This document shows positions 17,566-30,100 of a stretch of 64,000 bases of DNA, piece after piece (position 1 is the first letter of the stretch; each line of letters opens with the position of its first letter). The notes beneath the pieces are model-generated. The model saw only the letters and a list, made by a program, of their open reading frames with translations. It ran no database searches and was not told where the DNA came from. This DNA comes from Clostridia bacterium. GTDB taxonomy: Bacteria > Bacillota > Clostridia > Christensenellales > DTU072. Made by a program: the position numbers and the translations under genes. Location of the stretch: contig JAFXIB010000109.1 of NCBI GenBank assembly GCA_017533505.1, positions 3,752-67,751 of the forward strand, given 5' to 3'.

Positions 17566-19245
17566 TTATATAAACAAAATATTTCCTACTATAATGCGTT
17601 TGCCCCTAATAGACAATGCCTTGATGCCATACCACGATGATAGTGGCATAAAACGCTCGTCTTTGAAGTCATTAAGTTTAAGTCGGGAGCCCATAAACAG
17701 TCCCTTGGTTCCTTGAACCATAATTTTTGCAGTATATGTTCTGCTAACTCCTTCTGAAGAGCCAAGGAGAACGATATCTACTTCGGTATCCTTTTCGGCA
17801 TATAGCTCAAGTTGAAGAATGCTTGAGTTGTCGGTGTTTTCTGGTGGGTCAAAACGATAGGTTGTAAGACCATCCGAATCACTTGTTAAGCCCACCATAC
17901 CAAGTGGTGTTTCGCTTAAACGAAGGGACCTCTCAAAAAGCACGGTGCCAGAGCAGTCTTCCACAAAACCACTTTCTTCTTCCCCTGCTTGGTATATTAC
18001 GCGAAGTTTGCCACCAGTTTTCTTTTCTGCTGGGCGAGTTGGCAAGCCTTTTAGGTCAACATACTCTACAAGAGATGATAGTGATAGTCCGTTTTCATAT
18101 TCAACAACAGCATAGGCAAAGAGTGGCTTCTTTTCATCATATTCTTCTGCCTCTGCGATATATTCATTGTAAGAGATAGAAAGTCCTTCTTCTTCGTGAT
18201 AGTCACGGATTTCGTGGTGATATTCCCCCTTTGCGTAGTAAACTGTTACCTTCTTAATCATAGATTGTGGGTCGCAGTCTACATTAAAGGTTGGTACTCC
18301 GTCATCACTCAACCTTATGGAAAGGTTGGGAGAAGTTGGAATTTCGTCCACCCTATCTTCCACAACAGCGCGCAACCATACAAGTAGCGTTTTGTAGGCT
18401 TCGGGTAGCATAAAGTCCGTTGCTCTTGGACTTATGGAAACATGGATGTCTTCTATATCCATGAGCGCAACAAGGTTAGATAATCTATCAATGTCGCTTG
18501 CGTGTGCATTGGAGCCTATGGCAATGAAGGTAGGTGCCTTGATATGCCTTGCATAAGCAACTGATGCAACCCCTGTTAGCCAGCACATTCTTTCTTCGTC
18601 TAAAGCAAGCTCTTTTTGCTCGCCATAGCGATTTTGTTTGATGTATTCACGGTAGCCTGCACCATTCAAACAACATAGTCCCTTGACCGATTGTTGTTCG
18701 GTTGCAGCAACCTGCATTGCAACTTCGACAGCGTCGCCTAAACCCATCAAAATAAGGTCACCGTCGCTGATTAGTCGCTTAACAAAAATTATAGTGCGTT
18801 TTACTATAATGGAATAGAGATATTGGCAGGTATCCTTTGCTGTTGGCATAACCTTTTTGATGTGGTCGCCAGCCTTTTGATACTCGCCATACTCAAGTGA
18901 TGGTGGGAAAGTGGTCTTGAACTCACCCACGCCACTTAAATCTGGTACTATGATGGTGTACCCTACCTTTGCAAGCTCTATGATGAGCTTTTCTTCTGGT
19001 GGACGATGATACTCGCCTACCATAATTATGACTGGATTATCGCTTGCACTATCCTTTTTAGAGATAACACGGACGGCAACAATAATGTCGCCGTCCTCTT
19101 TTCTCAAAGCAGTAAAATGGTGCCTCTCTTCTACGATGTCATCAGCAAGAGTGCCGACGAAGTCGGTTTTGAGGTTGTCAAGTGGCTCACTTGCCGAATT
19201 GTAACCCTGCCAAATTTGAGCAGGCACCATTACTTTATAATCCAT
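17566..19245 (-). CDS. Hypothetical cytoplasmic protein, possibly an alpha/beta-hydrolase-like fold plus a C-terminal beta-rich domain
   Basis: 559-aa ORF with no signal peptide. The N-terminal half has an alpha/beta-hydrolase-like strand-helix pattern, but the nucleophile-elbow position reads G-L-G-D-A rather than G-x-S-x-G. It is tightly packed between the ATPase gene and lepB (3-nt and 1-nt gaps). Confidence 0.5.
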   Translation of the reverse strand: MDYKVMVPAQIWQGYNSASEPLDNLKTDFVGTLADDIVEERHHFTALRKEDGDIIVAVRVISKKDSASDNPVIIMVGEYHRPPEEKLIIELAKVGYTIIVPDLSGVGEFKTTFPPSLEYGEYQKAGDHIKKVMPTAKDTCQYLYSIIVKRTIIFVKRLISDGDLILMGLGDAVEVAMQVAATEQQSVKGLCCLNGAGYREYIKQNRYGEQKELALDEERMCWLTGVASVAYARHIKAPTFIAIGSNAHASDIDRLSNLVALMDIEDIHVSISPRATDFMLPEAYKTLLVWLRAVVEDRVDEIPTSPNLSIRLSDDGVPTFNVDCDPQSMIKKVTVYYAKGEYHHEIRDYHEEEGLSISYNEYIAEAEEYDEKKPLFAYAVVEYENGLSLSSLVEYVDLKGLPTRPAEKKTGGKLRVIYQAGEEESGFVEDCSGTVLFERSLRLSETPLGMVGLTSDSDGLTTYRFDPPENTDNSSILQLELYAEKDTEVDIVLLGSSEGVSRTYTAKIMVQGTKGLFMGSRLKLNDFKDERFMPLSSWYGIKALSIRGKRIIVGNILFI

Positions 19246-19248
19246 CTA

Positions 19249-21957
19249 TTATCTTTTCTCCATTTTGCGCTCGATGAGCTTTTGGATTTCAACGAAAGGT
19301 ACAATTAGGAATGATGCACCAATAGCGATAAGCCATTGTGCCCAATCCAAAGGTTGAGTGCCAAACAAGGTTGTACCAACGCCAGGGATAGCAACTACTG
19401 CAACTACCATTACCAAGCCAACGATAAATGAAAGATTGAGGAACTTGTTGTTGAAGATGCCCTTGTTGAAGATTGACAAGGTTTGGCTCTTGAGGTTGTA
19501 GCTGTGGAATAGTTGGATGAAGCATAGTGTTACAAATGCCATGGTTTCGCTGATTGCGTGAGCAATAAGTGGGTCGGTACCATTTGCAAGAGCGAGTGGC
19601 TCAAAGTAGAGATAACCTACCAAGAATGATGCCATAACAAGTGCTGTTTGCATAATACCTTGGATGATGATATCAATACCAGTCTTGCCTGCGAACAAGC
19701 TTGAGCCCGTCTTTCTTGGTGGGTAATCCATAACATTTGCTTCGGCGCGCTCGGTACCAAGAGCAAGAGCTGGTAAGGAGTCGGTAACCATGTTTACCCA
19801 TAGAATCATAACTGGGGTAAGGAATACAACATTTTCACCAACAATGGAGCTGATGATGATAACGCTGATGAACAAGCAGAGAACTTCTGCGATGTTTGCT
19901 GAAAGTAGATATTGAACAGCCTTCTTGATGTTGGAGTAAACCTTTCTACCTTCTTCAACTGCTGATACGATGGTTGCAAAGTTGTCGTCTGCAAGAACCA
20001 TATCACTTGCGCCCTTACTTACATCGGTACCAGTGATACCCATACCGATACCGATATCTGCCTTCTTGATGGAAGGAGCATCGTTAACGCCGTCACCGGT
20101 CATAGCAACAACCTTATCAAGTGAACGATATGCTGTTACGATTCTAACCTTATTTTCGGGAGATACACGAGCGTATACGCGATATTTTTCGATGTTAGCA
20201 AGATATTCTTCATCACTCATCTTGTCGAGTTCAGCACCGGTAAGAACTTCTTGGTCGGGGCTGTCGATGATGCCAACTTCTCTTGCGATAGCTGCTGCTG
20301 TCTTTGCGTGGTCACCGGTAATCATAATAGCACGGATACCAGCTCTCTTACAGATTGCAACTGCTTCCTTAACTTCGTCACGAGCTGGGTCAATCATACC
20401 AGTTAGACCAACGAAAGTTAGGTCTTCTTCAAACTTTTCTCTGTCGGTTTCGTTTGTCTTGATTGCGTATGCCAAAACACGGAGTGCCTTTTCTGCCATG
20501 TCGCCGTTTGCCTTTAGGATTGCTTCCTTGTCAGCATCGGTGATAGCACGAACTTCGCCAGCTACCATGATGTTTGAACATCTATCAAGAAGAATGTCAG
20601 GAGCGCCCTTGATGTGGATGATGCTTTCGCCATCAACATTGTTTACGGTGCTCATGAGCTTACGCTTGCTGTCAAATGGGATTTCGTCTACGCGCTCGTA
20701 CTTTGCACTCATATCGCCAAGATTCTTCTTTTGTGCGTATGCTACAAGTGCTGTTTCGGTAGGATCGCCAAGGAGTTTGCCTTCGCTCTCTTGAGTGTCA
20801 TTACATAGTGTCATAACACGGATAAGAGTGATTTCATCGCCACTTACTTCATCAGCATCGGTCTTGATGCCCTTTTCGGTGGTGTAGATTTCTTTTACGG
20901 TCATTTGGTTGAGGGTGATAGTACCTGTCTTATCGGAGCAGATAATTTCACAGCAACCAAGAGTTTCAACTGCAGGAAGGTTCTTTACGATAGCGTTTCT
21001 TTCACTCATTCTTTGAACGCCGATTGCAAGAACGATGGTAACAACTGCTGGTAGACCTTCTGGGATAGCGGCAACAGCAATAGCAACTGCTGTCATAAAG
21101 CCATCAATGATGGTGTCAAGAATGTTATCAGTACCACTGGTTACACCAAGGATAACGGATGCAACAAAGATAACTGCGGCAATAGCCAAAACTGCGATGG
21201 AAAGGAACTTTGCAGTCTTTGCAAGTTGTTTTTGAAGAGGAGTTGTGGTGTTGGTTTCTTCGCTGAGCATCTTTGCAATCTTACCAACTTCGGTGTTCAT
21301 ACCAACTGCTGTAACAACACCTTCGCCTCTACCAAAGCTAACTGTACCACTGCTGAATGCCATACATGCACGGTCGCCAAGAGGTGCTTCTTCATTTTCA
21401 AGAGCATTAGTGTGCTTGTTTACTGGAACAGATTCGCCAGTCAATGCTGCTTCTTCGATTTGAAGTGATGAGCATTGGATAAGACGCATATCTGCAGGAA
21501 CCATATCACCAGCTTCAAGTACAACTACATCGCCAACAACAAGTTCTTCGGATGCAATCTTTTCAAGATTGCCATCACGGATAACCTTGGCAAATGGTTT
21601 GTTCATGTTCTTGAGCGCTTCAAGTGATTTTTCTGCTTTGCCTTCTTGAACAAGACCAATAATTGCATTTACTACAACAATCAAAAGAATAAGACCACTA
21701 TCGATAAGCTCGCTATACTCGCCTTGATAAATGGAAAGAGCTGCAGATACAAGTGCTGCAACCAACAACACAATGATCATAAGGTCTTTGAATTGGTCAA
21801 AGAATCTCAAAATCATTGGGCGCTTCTTGGCCTCATCAAGAGCGTTCTTGCCGTTCTTTTCAAGGCGGGCTTTAGCTTCGGCAGATGTTAGTCCCTTTGC
21901 TGTGGACTGCACTTCAGCCAAAACCTCTTCCACTTCGCTTGTGTAGAATTGTTTCAT
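19249..21957 (-). CDS. Calcium-translocating P-type ATPase (P2-type, YloB/SERCA-PMCA-like)
   Basis: 902-aa ORF with the phosphorylation motif CSDKTGTITLNQM, TGES, MITGDH and the hinge TGDGVNDAPSIKKADIGIGMG. It has ten predicted TM helices, an N-terminal cation-ATPase-N segment and an AAAAAGGA RBS. Confidence 0.9.
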   Translation of the reverse strand: MKQFYTSEVEEVLAEVQSTAKGLTSAEAKARLEKNGKNALDEAKKRPMILRFFDQFKDLMIIVLLVAALVSAALSIYQGEYSELIDSGLILLIVVVNAIIGLVQEGKAEKSLEALKNMNKPFAKVIRDGNLEKIASEELVVGDVVVLEAGDMVPADMRLIQCSSLQIEEAALTGESVPVNKHTNALENEEAPLGDRACMAFSSGTVSFGRGEGVVTAVGMNTEVGKIAKMLSEETNTTTPLQKQLAKTAKFLSIAVLAIAAVIFVASVILGVTSGTDNILDTIIDGFMTAVAIAVAAIPEGLPAVVTIVLAIGVQRMSERNAIVKNLPAVETLGCCEIICSDKTGTITLNQMTVKEIYTTEKGIKTDADEVSGDEITLIRVMTLCNDTQESEGKLLGDPTETALVAYAQKKNLGDMSAKYERVDEIPFDSKRKLMSTVNNVDGESIIHIKGAPDILLDRCSNIMVAGEVRAITDADKEAILKANGDMAEKALRVLAYAIKTNETDREKFEEDLTFVGLTGMIDPARDEVKEAVAICKRAGIRAIMITGDHAKTAAAIAREVGIIDSPDQEVLTGAELDKMSDEEYLANIEKYRVYARVSPENKVRIVTAYRSLDKVVAMTGDGVNDAPSIKKADIGIGMGITGTDVSKGASDMVLADDNFATIVSAVEEGRKVYSNIKKAVQYLLSANIAEVLCLFISVIIISSIVGENVVFLTPVMILWVNMVTDSLPALALGTERAEANVMDYPPRKTGSSLFAGKTGIDIIIQGIMQTALVMASFLVGYLYFEPLALANGTDPLIAHAISETMAFVTLCFIQLFHSYNLKSQTLSIFNKGIFNNKFLNLSFIVGLVMVVAVVAIPGVGTTLFGTQPLDWAQWLIAIGASFLIVPFVEIQKLIERKMEKR

Positions 21958-21994
21958 TCCTTTTTTACCTCACAATTTATTTTTTTGTTGTTAA

Positions 21995-23461
21995 TTATTT
22001 TCCGTATTTTTCTTTTAGTCTTCTCTTATTTTCGGCAACATTCTTTGCGTTACGCAATTGGGTTTTATCCCAAGCATTGCTGAAGAATTTAAGTAAACTT
22101 AAAACCTTTCCAAATGGATTAGGGTCCACTTTATTTATTGTAGCACATTTTATACCTACATTGTCAATAATCTTATAATTATATTTAACGCGCGCAAGGA
22201 AATCTTTGTAGTCGGTATGATAGTCACTCCAACCACGCTCTGCAACTGCAAGTAACCTTGGGAATGTTTGACGATGTATGTCTTCTTCGCACTTTACATA
22301 TTCTGCCCAAAGTGGAGCTTCTACGCCCAATATGTTTTCGGTTTTTTCGATACCCTCAATTTCGGGATTGAGCGCAAAGGTTTTCTTTAGTGGTGTCATG
22401 CCATATGGATAATCTAAATAATAGTTAAAAAATGGACTTATTATACCCTTTTTGCCACGATTGATTTCGCGTATAGCAGCTTCCTTGTTGACAGGGGCTG
22501 TTTGCCAATAGTGTACAATTATGCTGTCGTCAACATTTTTGCCCACCATGCCATCATTCCAATTTATTACCGTTTTGCCATTTTCCAAGCAGAAACGAGC
22601 AAGTTTTGCCATAAAGTGTGCTTGAAGCTCGTCTTCATCCTTGAGTCCGTTTTCAGCCATTTCGCGTTGACAATCTGGGCAATCCAACCAATGTAGTCGG
22701 AGTGCTTCGTCCCCACCCAAGTGAATGAGCTCAAAGGGGAAGATTTCAAACATCTCTTTTAGCACATTTTTGCAGAACTCTACACTACTCTCCTTGCCAG
22801 CACAAAGAACTTCGGGGTGTATACCAAAGCTATCCTTTACATCTATCTTTGTGTTGAAGCAATCAAGCTCTGGATAAACACTTATCGCAGCAGCAGTATG
22901 TCCTGGAATATCAAACTCTGGGAGTACATCAATGTGGTATTGCTTGCAATACTCCACAATCTCACGCATCTCTTCCTTGGTATAGTAGCCATGCACTGGT
23001 TTTCCGTCCCCACGAGTGCCATCACGATATGATGCAAGAGATGTTAGAAGTGGATATTTGTCCACTTGTATTCTCCAGCCTTGATCGTCAGTAAGGTGCC
23101 AATGGAAGATGTTGATTTTGAATCTTGCAATACCATCTATTATCTTTTTGATAGCATCAATAGAGTGATAGTGTCTTGCACAATCCAGCATATATCCACG
23201 ATATTGATATCTTGGATAATCCAACACTTCAACATTTGGGAGCGCTCCAAGCTCGCTCAAGTTTTTGAGAGTTACGCCGGCGTAATAAAAGCCCTTTTCA
23301 TCCGAAGCCTTTATGAGTATGCCATCGTCGTTTATTGTAAGGGCATATCCACTACTTGGTATGCTGTCATCTTGGAGCATACGCGCGCTACCAAGCTCAT
23401 AATCATAAGTCTTTTGTGAAAGGATTTTTTGCTCGCGTGGCTTTGGAATAATTGGTAACAT
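21995..23461 (-). CDS. GH20 beta-N-acetylhexosaminidase
   Basis: GH20 signatures HWHLTDDQGWR and the catalytic pair in HLGGDE. No signal peptide. I chose the ATG at 23461 because it follows GGAGG at 5 nt. The ATG at 23473 listed in the ORF track would overlap the upstream gene. Confidence 0.85.
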   Translation of the reverse strand: MLPIIPKPREQKILSQKTYDYELGSARMLQDDSIPSSGYALTINDDGILIKASDEKGFYYAGVTLKNLSELGALPNVEVLDYPRYQYRGYMLDCARHYHSIDAIKKIIDGIARFKINIFHWHLTDDQGWRIQVDKYPLLTSLASYRDGTRGDGKPVHGYYTKEEMREIVEYCKQYHIDVLPEFDIPGHTAAAISVYPELDCFNTKIDVKDSFGIHPEVLCAGKESSVEFCKNVLKEMFEIFPFELIHLGGDEALRLHWLDCPDCQREMAENGLKDEDELQAHFMAKLARFCLENGKTVINWNDGMVGKNVDDSIIVHYWQTAPVNKEAAIREINRGKKGIISPFFNYYLDYPYGMTPLKKTFALNPEIEGIEKTENILGVEAPLWAEYVKCEEDIHRQTFPRLLAVAERGWSDYHTDYKDFLARVKYNYKIIDNVGIKCATINKVDPNPFGKVLSLLKFFSNAWDKTQLRNAKNVAENKRRLKEKYGK

Positions 23462-23462
23462 C

Positions 23463-24191
23463 TTAACCTCCATAAGTGTAGGTTATTGCAGGAACAACAT
23501 AGTCCTGTTCACCATCTGACATCGACGCATTTTGTATGTTTAGAGTGCCTAATGTTGCTGGTTTGGTTGCCTTTAGTGTTACTATTGTTGCGTTATCTTC
23601 TATACTATCATATCCGTTTAGTGAGTAAACGACAATGACAGCCGAGCTAACAGATGATTGGTAGCACTCAAGACCGAATTTGTCGCTTGCAACCTTGATT
23701 TCACTTAAAGCAATTCCTCCTGTTGTAGAAACAGTAAAGCGCATTGCATATACTCCATTTGCTACCATGGAAGCATTTTTTGCTTTGACCGAAACATCAA
23801 GTGATGCCCCACCGTCAACAACTTCAAATTGATAACGGAAGGATGTATCAATGGAAACTGCATTTGTTACCTTGTAAATGAAGTTGGCGCTTTGTCCACG
23901 ATATGTTACTGTTAGTGTAGCGCCAGTTGTAGTCTTTGATGTATCAAAGCCACTTACCATTCCTAAAGTAATGTTTACATTTTCCGTTTTGCCATCAACA
24001 TATGTTACAAGGATTTTGGAGTTTGTTAAATCAAGGCTCTCGTCAAGAGCATAGCTTTCTTTGAATGCCCCTTTTACAATTTGTATTGATGATACCTGTC
24101 TTTCTGTCTTTGTGCAAGAAACAAGCATGCACAAGCAAAGGGCGCATATAAGGAGTGATAGCATTAATACTCTAAAAACTTTCTTACTCAT
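23463..24191 (-). CDS. Small lipoprotein: one Ig-like (Big_3-like) domain plus a ~135-aa candidate cohesin module
   Basis: Signal peptide with lipobox LVSC. Residues ~35-105 repeat the ...LD.S..KI.VTY.DG....V....VSGFD.S..G...LTVTY.G....F...V pattern seen many times in the upstream protein. The C-terminal ~135 aa is a beta-sandwich-like segment of cohesin size. The start overlaps the upstream stop (ATGAGTAA). The ORF is solid; the cohesin call is tentative. Confidence 0.6.
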   Translation of the reverse strand: MSKKVFRVLMLSLLICALCLCMLVSCTKTERQVSSIQIVKGAFKESYALDESLDLTNSKILVTYVDGKTENVNITLGMVSGFDTSKTTTGATLTVTYRGQSANFIYKVTNAVSIDTSFRYQFEVVDGGASLDVSVKAKNASMVANGVYAMRFTVSTTGGIALSEIKVASDKFGLECYQSSVSSAVIVVYSLNGYDSIEDNATIVTLKATKPATLGTLNIQNASMSDGEQDYVVPAITYTYGG

Positions 24192-27100
24192 ACTTGTCCT
24201 CCTTGCCCTTTAGTCGTGTGGGTGTTGTGATAAAGCTCCTTGCTGTATCGGTTAGTGGTACATTCCTTGGTGCGCCACCCGTCTTGCGTGCATATCCTAC
24301 AAGGTCGGTTAGGTTTGCCTTTCCATCTCCGTTACAATCCATAACTTCACTCTTTGCTGTGCCATCTGCAAGCATACCAGCCATACCAGAAATATCCGTT
24401 CTATCAATGACGCCATCTCCGTTTGTATCGCCATTGAGATAAATTTTGAACACAAAGACTTCTACGCCATCTTTGTTTACAAAGATGAGCTTGTCCCCTG
24501 TTGCTGTCTTCTTTGTGCCACTTGTACTTGGGTCAAGCATACCGAGCGTTACACTGTGATACTTTGCAGTGAGGTATGGGCTAACCTTTACTGATGCGTA
24601 AACTTGGGCAATCGTTGTAGGCTCACTAACAGCTATTTGTCGTTTTGATAAACTGGATTTGATGCCTTCTACTACCTTTTCTTGACAAGCAAGGGTTTCT
24701 TTACTTACGGTAATGTTAAAGAATGCACTCAAGCCACCACTTTCTACTGTTACTTTTTGGCTTCCAGCAAGAAGGGTGGAATAAGTGATGTTGAGCTTTT
24801 TGATTTCGTCGCCTTGATATATAACCTGTCCCGCCGCCGAATAGGTTACGGTAACCTTTGCGCCCGTCCAGTTTACAACATCGCCATATCCATATGCCAC
24901 AAGGTTTGGTGCCTTTGTGATAGATAGGTTTACAATGGTGTCACTTACACTTACTTCCACTTTGGCAGTATAGTTTACACCACTATATACATAGTTTATG
25001 GTAACAGTTTGCTTGCCTATTACTTTGTTATTAAATGTGGTGCTATAGCTCTTTTTGTCAAGATTGGTTACCATTCCGTTTGCGTATGTTGCGCGTACAA
25101 CGATACTCAATTCTTCACCATATTTATACTCTAACTTGGAGCCACTCAATACAACTTCCAAAAGAGATACATAGTTTGGTATCAAACAGCTTCCACTCCA
25201 TACTTGCTTTGGTGTTTGTACGCCTTCGCCCTTATAGTAGATGCTGATTCGTTGATATTCCCCTATCTTATCAACGGTTGAGTTGAGCTCTGGAGTATAA
25301 TAGAAGTCCTCGCTATTGTAGGATACTTCCTTTGTTGCGCCACTTATCATTATGATAGTATAAGTGGATGTTGGATCAAACTTATCGCCCTTGCTATATT
25401 GTGTCTTTGGAGCAGTTTTTAGGGTTATATCCTTGAAAGCATCCAAAACAACAAGCTTAAATGATGTTGTTACTTTGGGATTTGCAATATAGCTTACAGT
25501 TACGATTTGCTCACCAATTTGAAGGTTGCTATAACCGGATACACTATAAGCACCCTCATCAAGTAACTCTGCGCCATGACGAGCATATATACCATATACT
25601 TCAAATGAAACTTCTTCGCCCCACAAAATGGTTATATCGTCAATGGGACGGAATGCTGAAACATAGTCGTTTATAGTTATTTCAAGTTCAAACCACCTAT
25701 CAAGATAGCGTGCCATTAGTGTTTGAGTGCCAATATGCTCGCTGTCATAACGAAGTTCCATTGGCTCGATATCTTGCGTTTCGCCTGTTGTGTAGACAAT
25801 GGAAATATAAATATCAAGGCTATCGGGATTGCCATTTATCAATTCGCCATAGGTGTATTCTGTCCTTGCGCCCTCCTTGATTGCAACTGACTTTGCACTT
25901 TGGAAACCAAATGCCTCAATGGACAAATCCCATACTGCAATGGAGCTGTACGAAGCTGATTCGCCACTCAATGTTTGCATTGATACATATATCTTAATTA
26001 GACAGTCTTGCTTGCCCACCAATGTGTTATCAAAACTATCCAAGCTATACCAAATACTCTTGCTGTCGTCGCTTGTGATTACAACATCTTCTGCTCCACT
26101 TTGTACAAGAGTAAGTCCAATATAAACATCACTACCTACTTCGTAATAGTAGTATGATGTATCACTATCCTTGCCAGTTGTTTTATATTCGCCAGAAATA
26201 TAAACGGTAATTATCGTCGTTGTGGTGTGTGTTTGGTCGGTTTCGGGGTCAATATAGCTTACCTTGATGATGTGTGAGCCCACTCTCAAGCTATAAAGAG
26301 CATAAAACTCACTTGCTGGATTGCTTTCTTCGGAGTGGATATCCTCTACTTCAAACTCGGCAAGCTCCATTTGACGAGTTGCACCACTCATCATATTGAT
26401 GTCAACAAACTCGGATAAATCAAGTGCTTGTCCGTATAAATAGGCAGTTTTGACTGGTTGGAAACTTATTTCCCTTGCGTAATCCACAACAGTTACTTCT
26501 TCGGTTAGCACAAACTCTGTGCCCCATACAGCATCGGTATAGGTGTATGTCAACAGCTGGGTGCCAACCTTTGTCTTATCATATCCGGAGAAATGCTCTG
26601 CACTAAATACATTAGGACCACTTTGGTCGCCCGATGCGTAGTAGACCATATATCCACCACTAACTGCATCAAGGTCGTAATTGTATAGGTATCTCTTTGT
26701 GGGGTCGGTTACCTTTTCGATGGATACAACATAATCTTTGACTGATACGCTAAATGTTGTTTCAACACCCATATACTCAACTGTGAGAAGTTGTGTGATA
26801 GATGTCTTGTTGTATTTGTCGTATCCACTTATCATATCCTCGGTCATAACCATATCTTCTACCGAATCGCCAATGGTTACTTTGAGAATATATCTTGATA
26901 AATCCAAATCTTCGCCATATTTATAAAGGGTGGAGCCACCATTAAGGTCAACAGCGATTGCACTAACTTCGCCAACTATTGATATGGTTATGGTTGCGCT
27001 AAACTCTCCTACCTTTGCTGTGATGGTTGCCTTTTGTCCAACATTGCCCTTTGCTTGTATTACACCCATAGACGATACACTAACAATGCTATCGTCGCTT

Positions 27101-30100
27101 GATGAGTAAATGGGGAGATACTTGGAGCTATCAATGCCTTCGGGTAGATAGTTGAGTGTTAAATATGCTGTGCTACCATGCAAAATACTTCTCTTGCTTT
27201 CGCTGAATGCAATACCTTCAAGAGCCTTTTCTTCATAAACTTCGATGGTAAATGTTGTTGTTATTCCTGTACCATTATCCTTTATGGTTGCTGTTGTCTT
27301 GCCAACACTAACACCATATACAACAGCTATTGTATAGTCGGTTGCAGTTATGGTGGCAACAGAAATATCCTTGGAGCTGAATATCATCCTTGCATAAGTT
27401 GCATTTGTGGGAACATATAGCACGCCACCAAGTGTTACGCTTTCGCCTTTAGGCACTCTCATAACACCACCAGAAACATTGGTTAAGCCATTGATTGCAG
27501 TAACAGGAATGTACTTATCATACAAAAGGTTGCCAACACCAATGTTTGTACCGTACTTTGTAAAACCAGAGCCACGGAATTCTACAACACCATCTTCACG
27601 CAAGAATGCACTATGATACTCTCCACCTGCTATATCAATGATGTCGTATAGCTCACTTACCATGCTTTGACCATAAGAGTTATCGCCTGTTGCTATAACA
27701 GTGCCATCTTCCTTTATTCCCAAAAGATGATGTACCCCTGCCGATATCTTCTTGACCCCATTAAAGGCGCTCAAATCGGCACTTGGGAGCGTTCCAACAA
27801 TTTGTACACTGCCATCGTTTTTGAGCACTGCAACGAAGTTTAAACCCACTTCTACTTGTTTTGCGTTGGTTATATTGCTTAAAGCAGATATTTCGTCAGC
27901 AGTAAAGTTGCCTGTTGCAACAACGGTGCCTGTCAATGTAAGACCAACCACCCTTTTGCCAATTGCATCAATCGCCTTTATACCACTCCAAGCATCAACA
28001 TTCAGTTGTCCCTTGTCGTTTAGCCCTACTGAAAGCACGGTTCCATCTGTCCTCAAACCATAGCTACAATATGTGCCAGCTGAAATAGCTTTGATATCAT
28101 ACCAACCAGATACTTGAGTTTCGCCATAGTAATCGTCGCCAACTGCAAGTACATTTAGGTTTTTGGTTAAAAGTAGTGTTTGGGTATAGCCAAGCGCAAC
28201 TGATGTGATACCTTCATATCCCTCAATTGCCCATTGTCCTTCGCTTGAAGTGCCACTTGCATCAAGGGTACCATCACGCTTGATGCCTACAGTCATCTTT
28301 GTGGATGCAACAACTTGTGCGTGTAGCTCTGTCTTGGAGCCTACAATGGTATCCCAACCAATGTTTGCGCTGTCTTGAACTGCAAGCTCGTCAATAACCT
28401 TGCTGTCGCCATCTGCATCAGTTACTTTTAGCACAGCCTTTGTGGGCTTTTTGTCACTCAAGAATGCGCCACTTGTAAATACACCAACTGGAATATCATT
28501 TCCCTTGTCGGCATAGATAAAGTCGGATTTTATTAGGCGTGCCCCTGCATTGTACTCAAGCAAAAATCTGCCTTGATTGAGCTCATTTTCCACCAAAACA
28601 TCACCATTTTCGTCTTGTAGCTCAATGGTGAGCGCTGATAGATACTGTGGATTGATATCTTGGAACTCTACATTTGCAGTTACACCAGCAAAGGCTGTTG
28701 AATTTACCATATCAACATCCTTGAGTGCAATCTTGTCATCAAAGTAGTCGTCCTCAACCATATCTTGACCAAGACGAACGCTAAACTCAACACTGCTTTC
28801 GCTTATGGAAAGAGCTTCTATAACGATATCGCTGTTGCTACCATCACTATAAAAAATGGTGCTAAAATCATATAATCCTGTGGAGTTTTCCTTACCAACC
28901 TTGTTGAAATATTGGTTGTTGGGAGATAAATATGCATAGCCAATGTCGTATAAACTGTTGGAATACATCAGCTTCATGCTTTGTCCGTCCTTCATTTTGA
29001 TGGTTGGACGGAACACAAACACTTCGTCTGCCCTATTGCCTGTGCCCTTGTAAATACCGTTGACATTACCTTCTGATGTGCTAAAATCAGCTGGCTCCTT
29101 TACGCGATAAATTATAAGTCCACTACCTGGGAGCAAGGAGTCATAGCCCGACTTGGTAACACGACGATACTCTATCATAAAATACTCATCTTTTGATGTG
29201 GGTATTTTGTATGCGAGAACATCATTTACCGATGTTGCGCTACTTACAGGAGAAAGCGAATAAACACCATTGCCTGTGATATCCACAATTTGATTTTCCC
29301 CTATGCCACCAATATAGTTTTTGCGCATATAAGTCAAAAGATATTGTGGGGTGTCAAGGTCGTTTTCCATAAGGTCCCACTTGCCAACGGTTGCAATATC
29401 GGTGGATTGGTCTGCTGATGCGTAGTAGTGATATAGGTCTGGAGCGCCAAGAACATGGGCTGTCTCGTGACACAGCACACCTAAAGTGATATTTTTCTCA
29501 AAGTTAAAGGCATATTTGCCCACTTTTTTGCCGTTTATAACGGTATAGTTGTTGTCTCCGTCAATAGCATCAAGGCTGACACTATGTGGCCACAAAAGAG
29601 AGCCCCAAGTGGTGCTTGATTGTCCAGAAACTATGATGGAAACAGAGTCGATGTATCCATCGTTGTTGACATCAAGATTGGTGCCGTTTGAGAAAGTGAT
29701 ATACTCTGTTGCAGCCTTGATTGCGTTGGTAACAAGAGTTGACTCCCTTGTCCAACGGTTGGAGCTGTTGGTGTTATAGTAATCACGGCTCTTTGCGTCT
29801 TGATAAACAAATACTGTGTTGCTGTTGTAGGGAATAACGGAGTTGATGGTTATGGTATTGTTACTCATAACCTGATAGTAACTCTTGAGCGACATTGATG
29901 TGCCATTAAAAGTATTCAAAAGGTCTGTGGTGGGACTAAATTTATCTCCGTTGAAAGCTATAAAAATGGTAATGTTGCTTATATTTTTTGCGCTACTTGT
30001 GTTTCCAGCAAGCACAGGCTTGGTTTCAACCACACTCATGCCATCCAAACCCTTGGCATTTTCTTGCACTTCTTCAAGGGCAAAATCGACATCTCCTATT

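Noticed and set aside
19970-20794. 274-aa plus-strand ORF antisense to the P-type ATPase, and similar antisense ORFs at 14786..15409, 39358..39891, 54896..55402 and 10576..11055
   Set aside because: All lie inside, and mostly antisense to, genes with clear conserved motifs; 10576..11055 is an alternate frame of addA on the same strand. Their translations are low-complexity (Ser/Leu/Ala/Pro-rich or Cys/Val/Ile-rich), they lack RBSs, and long alternate-frame ORFs are expected in long biased-codon genes.
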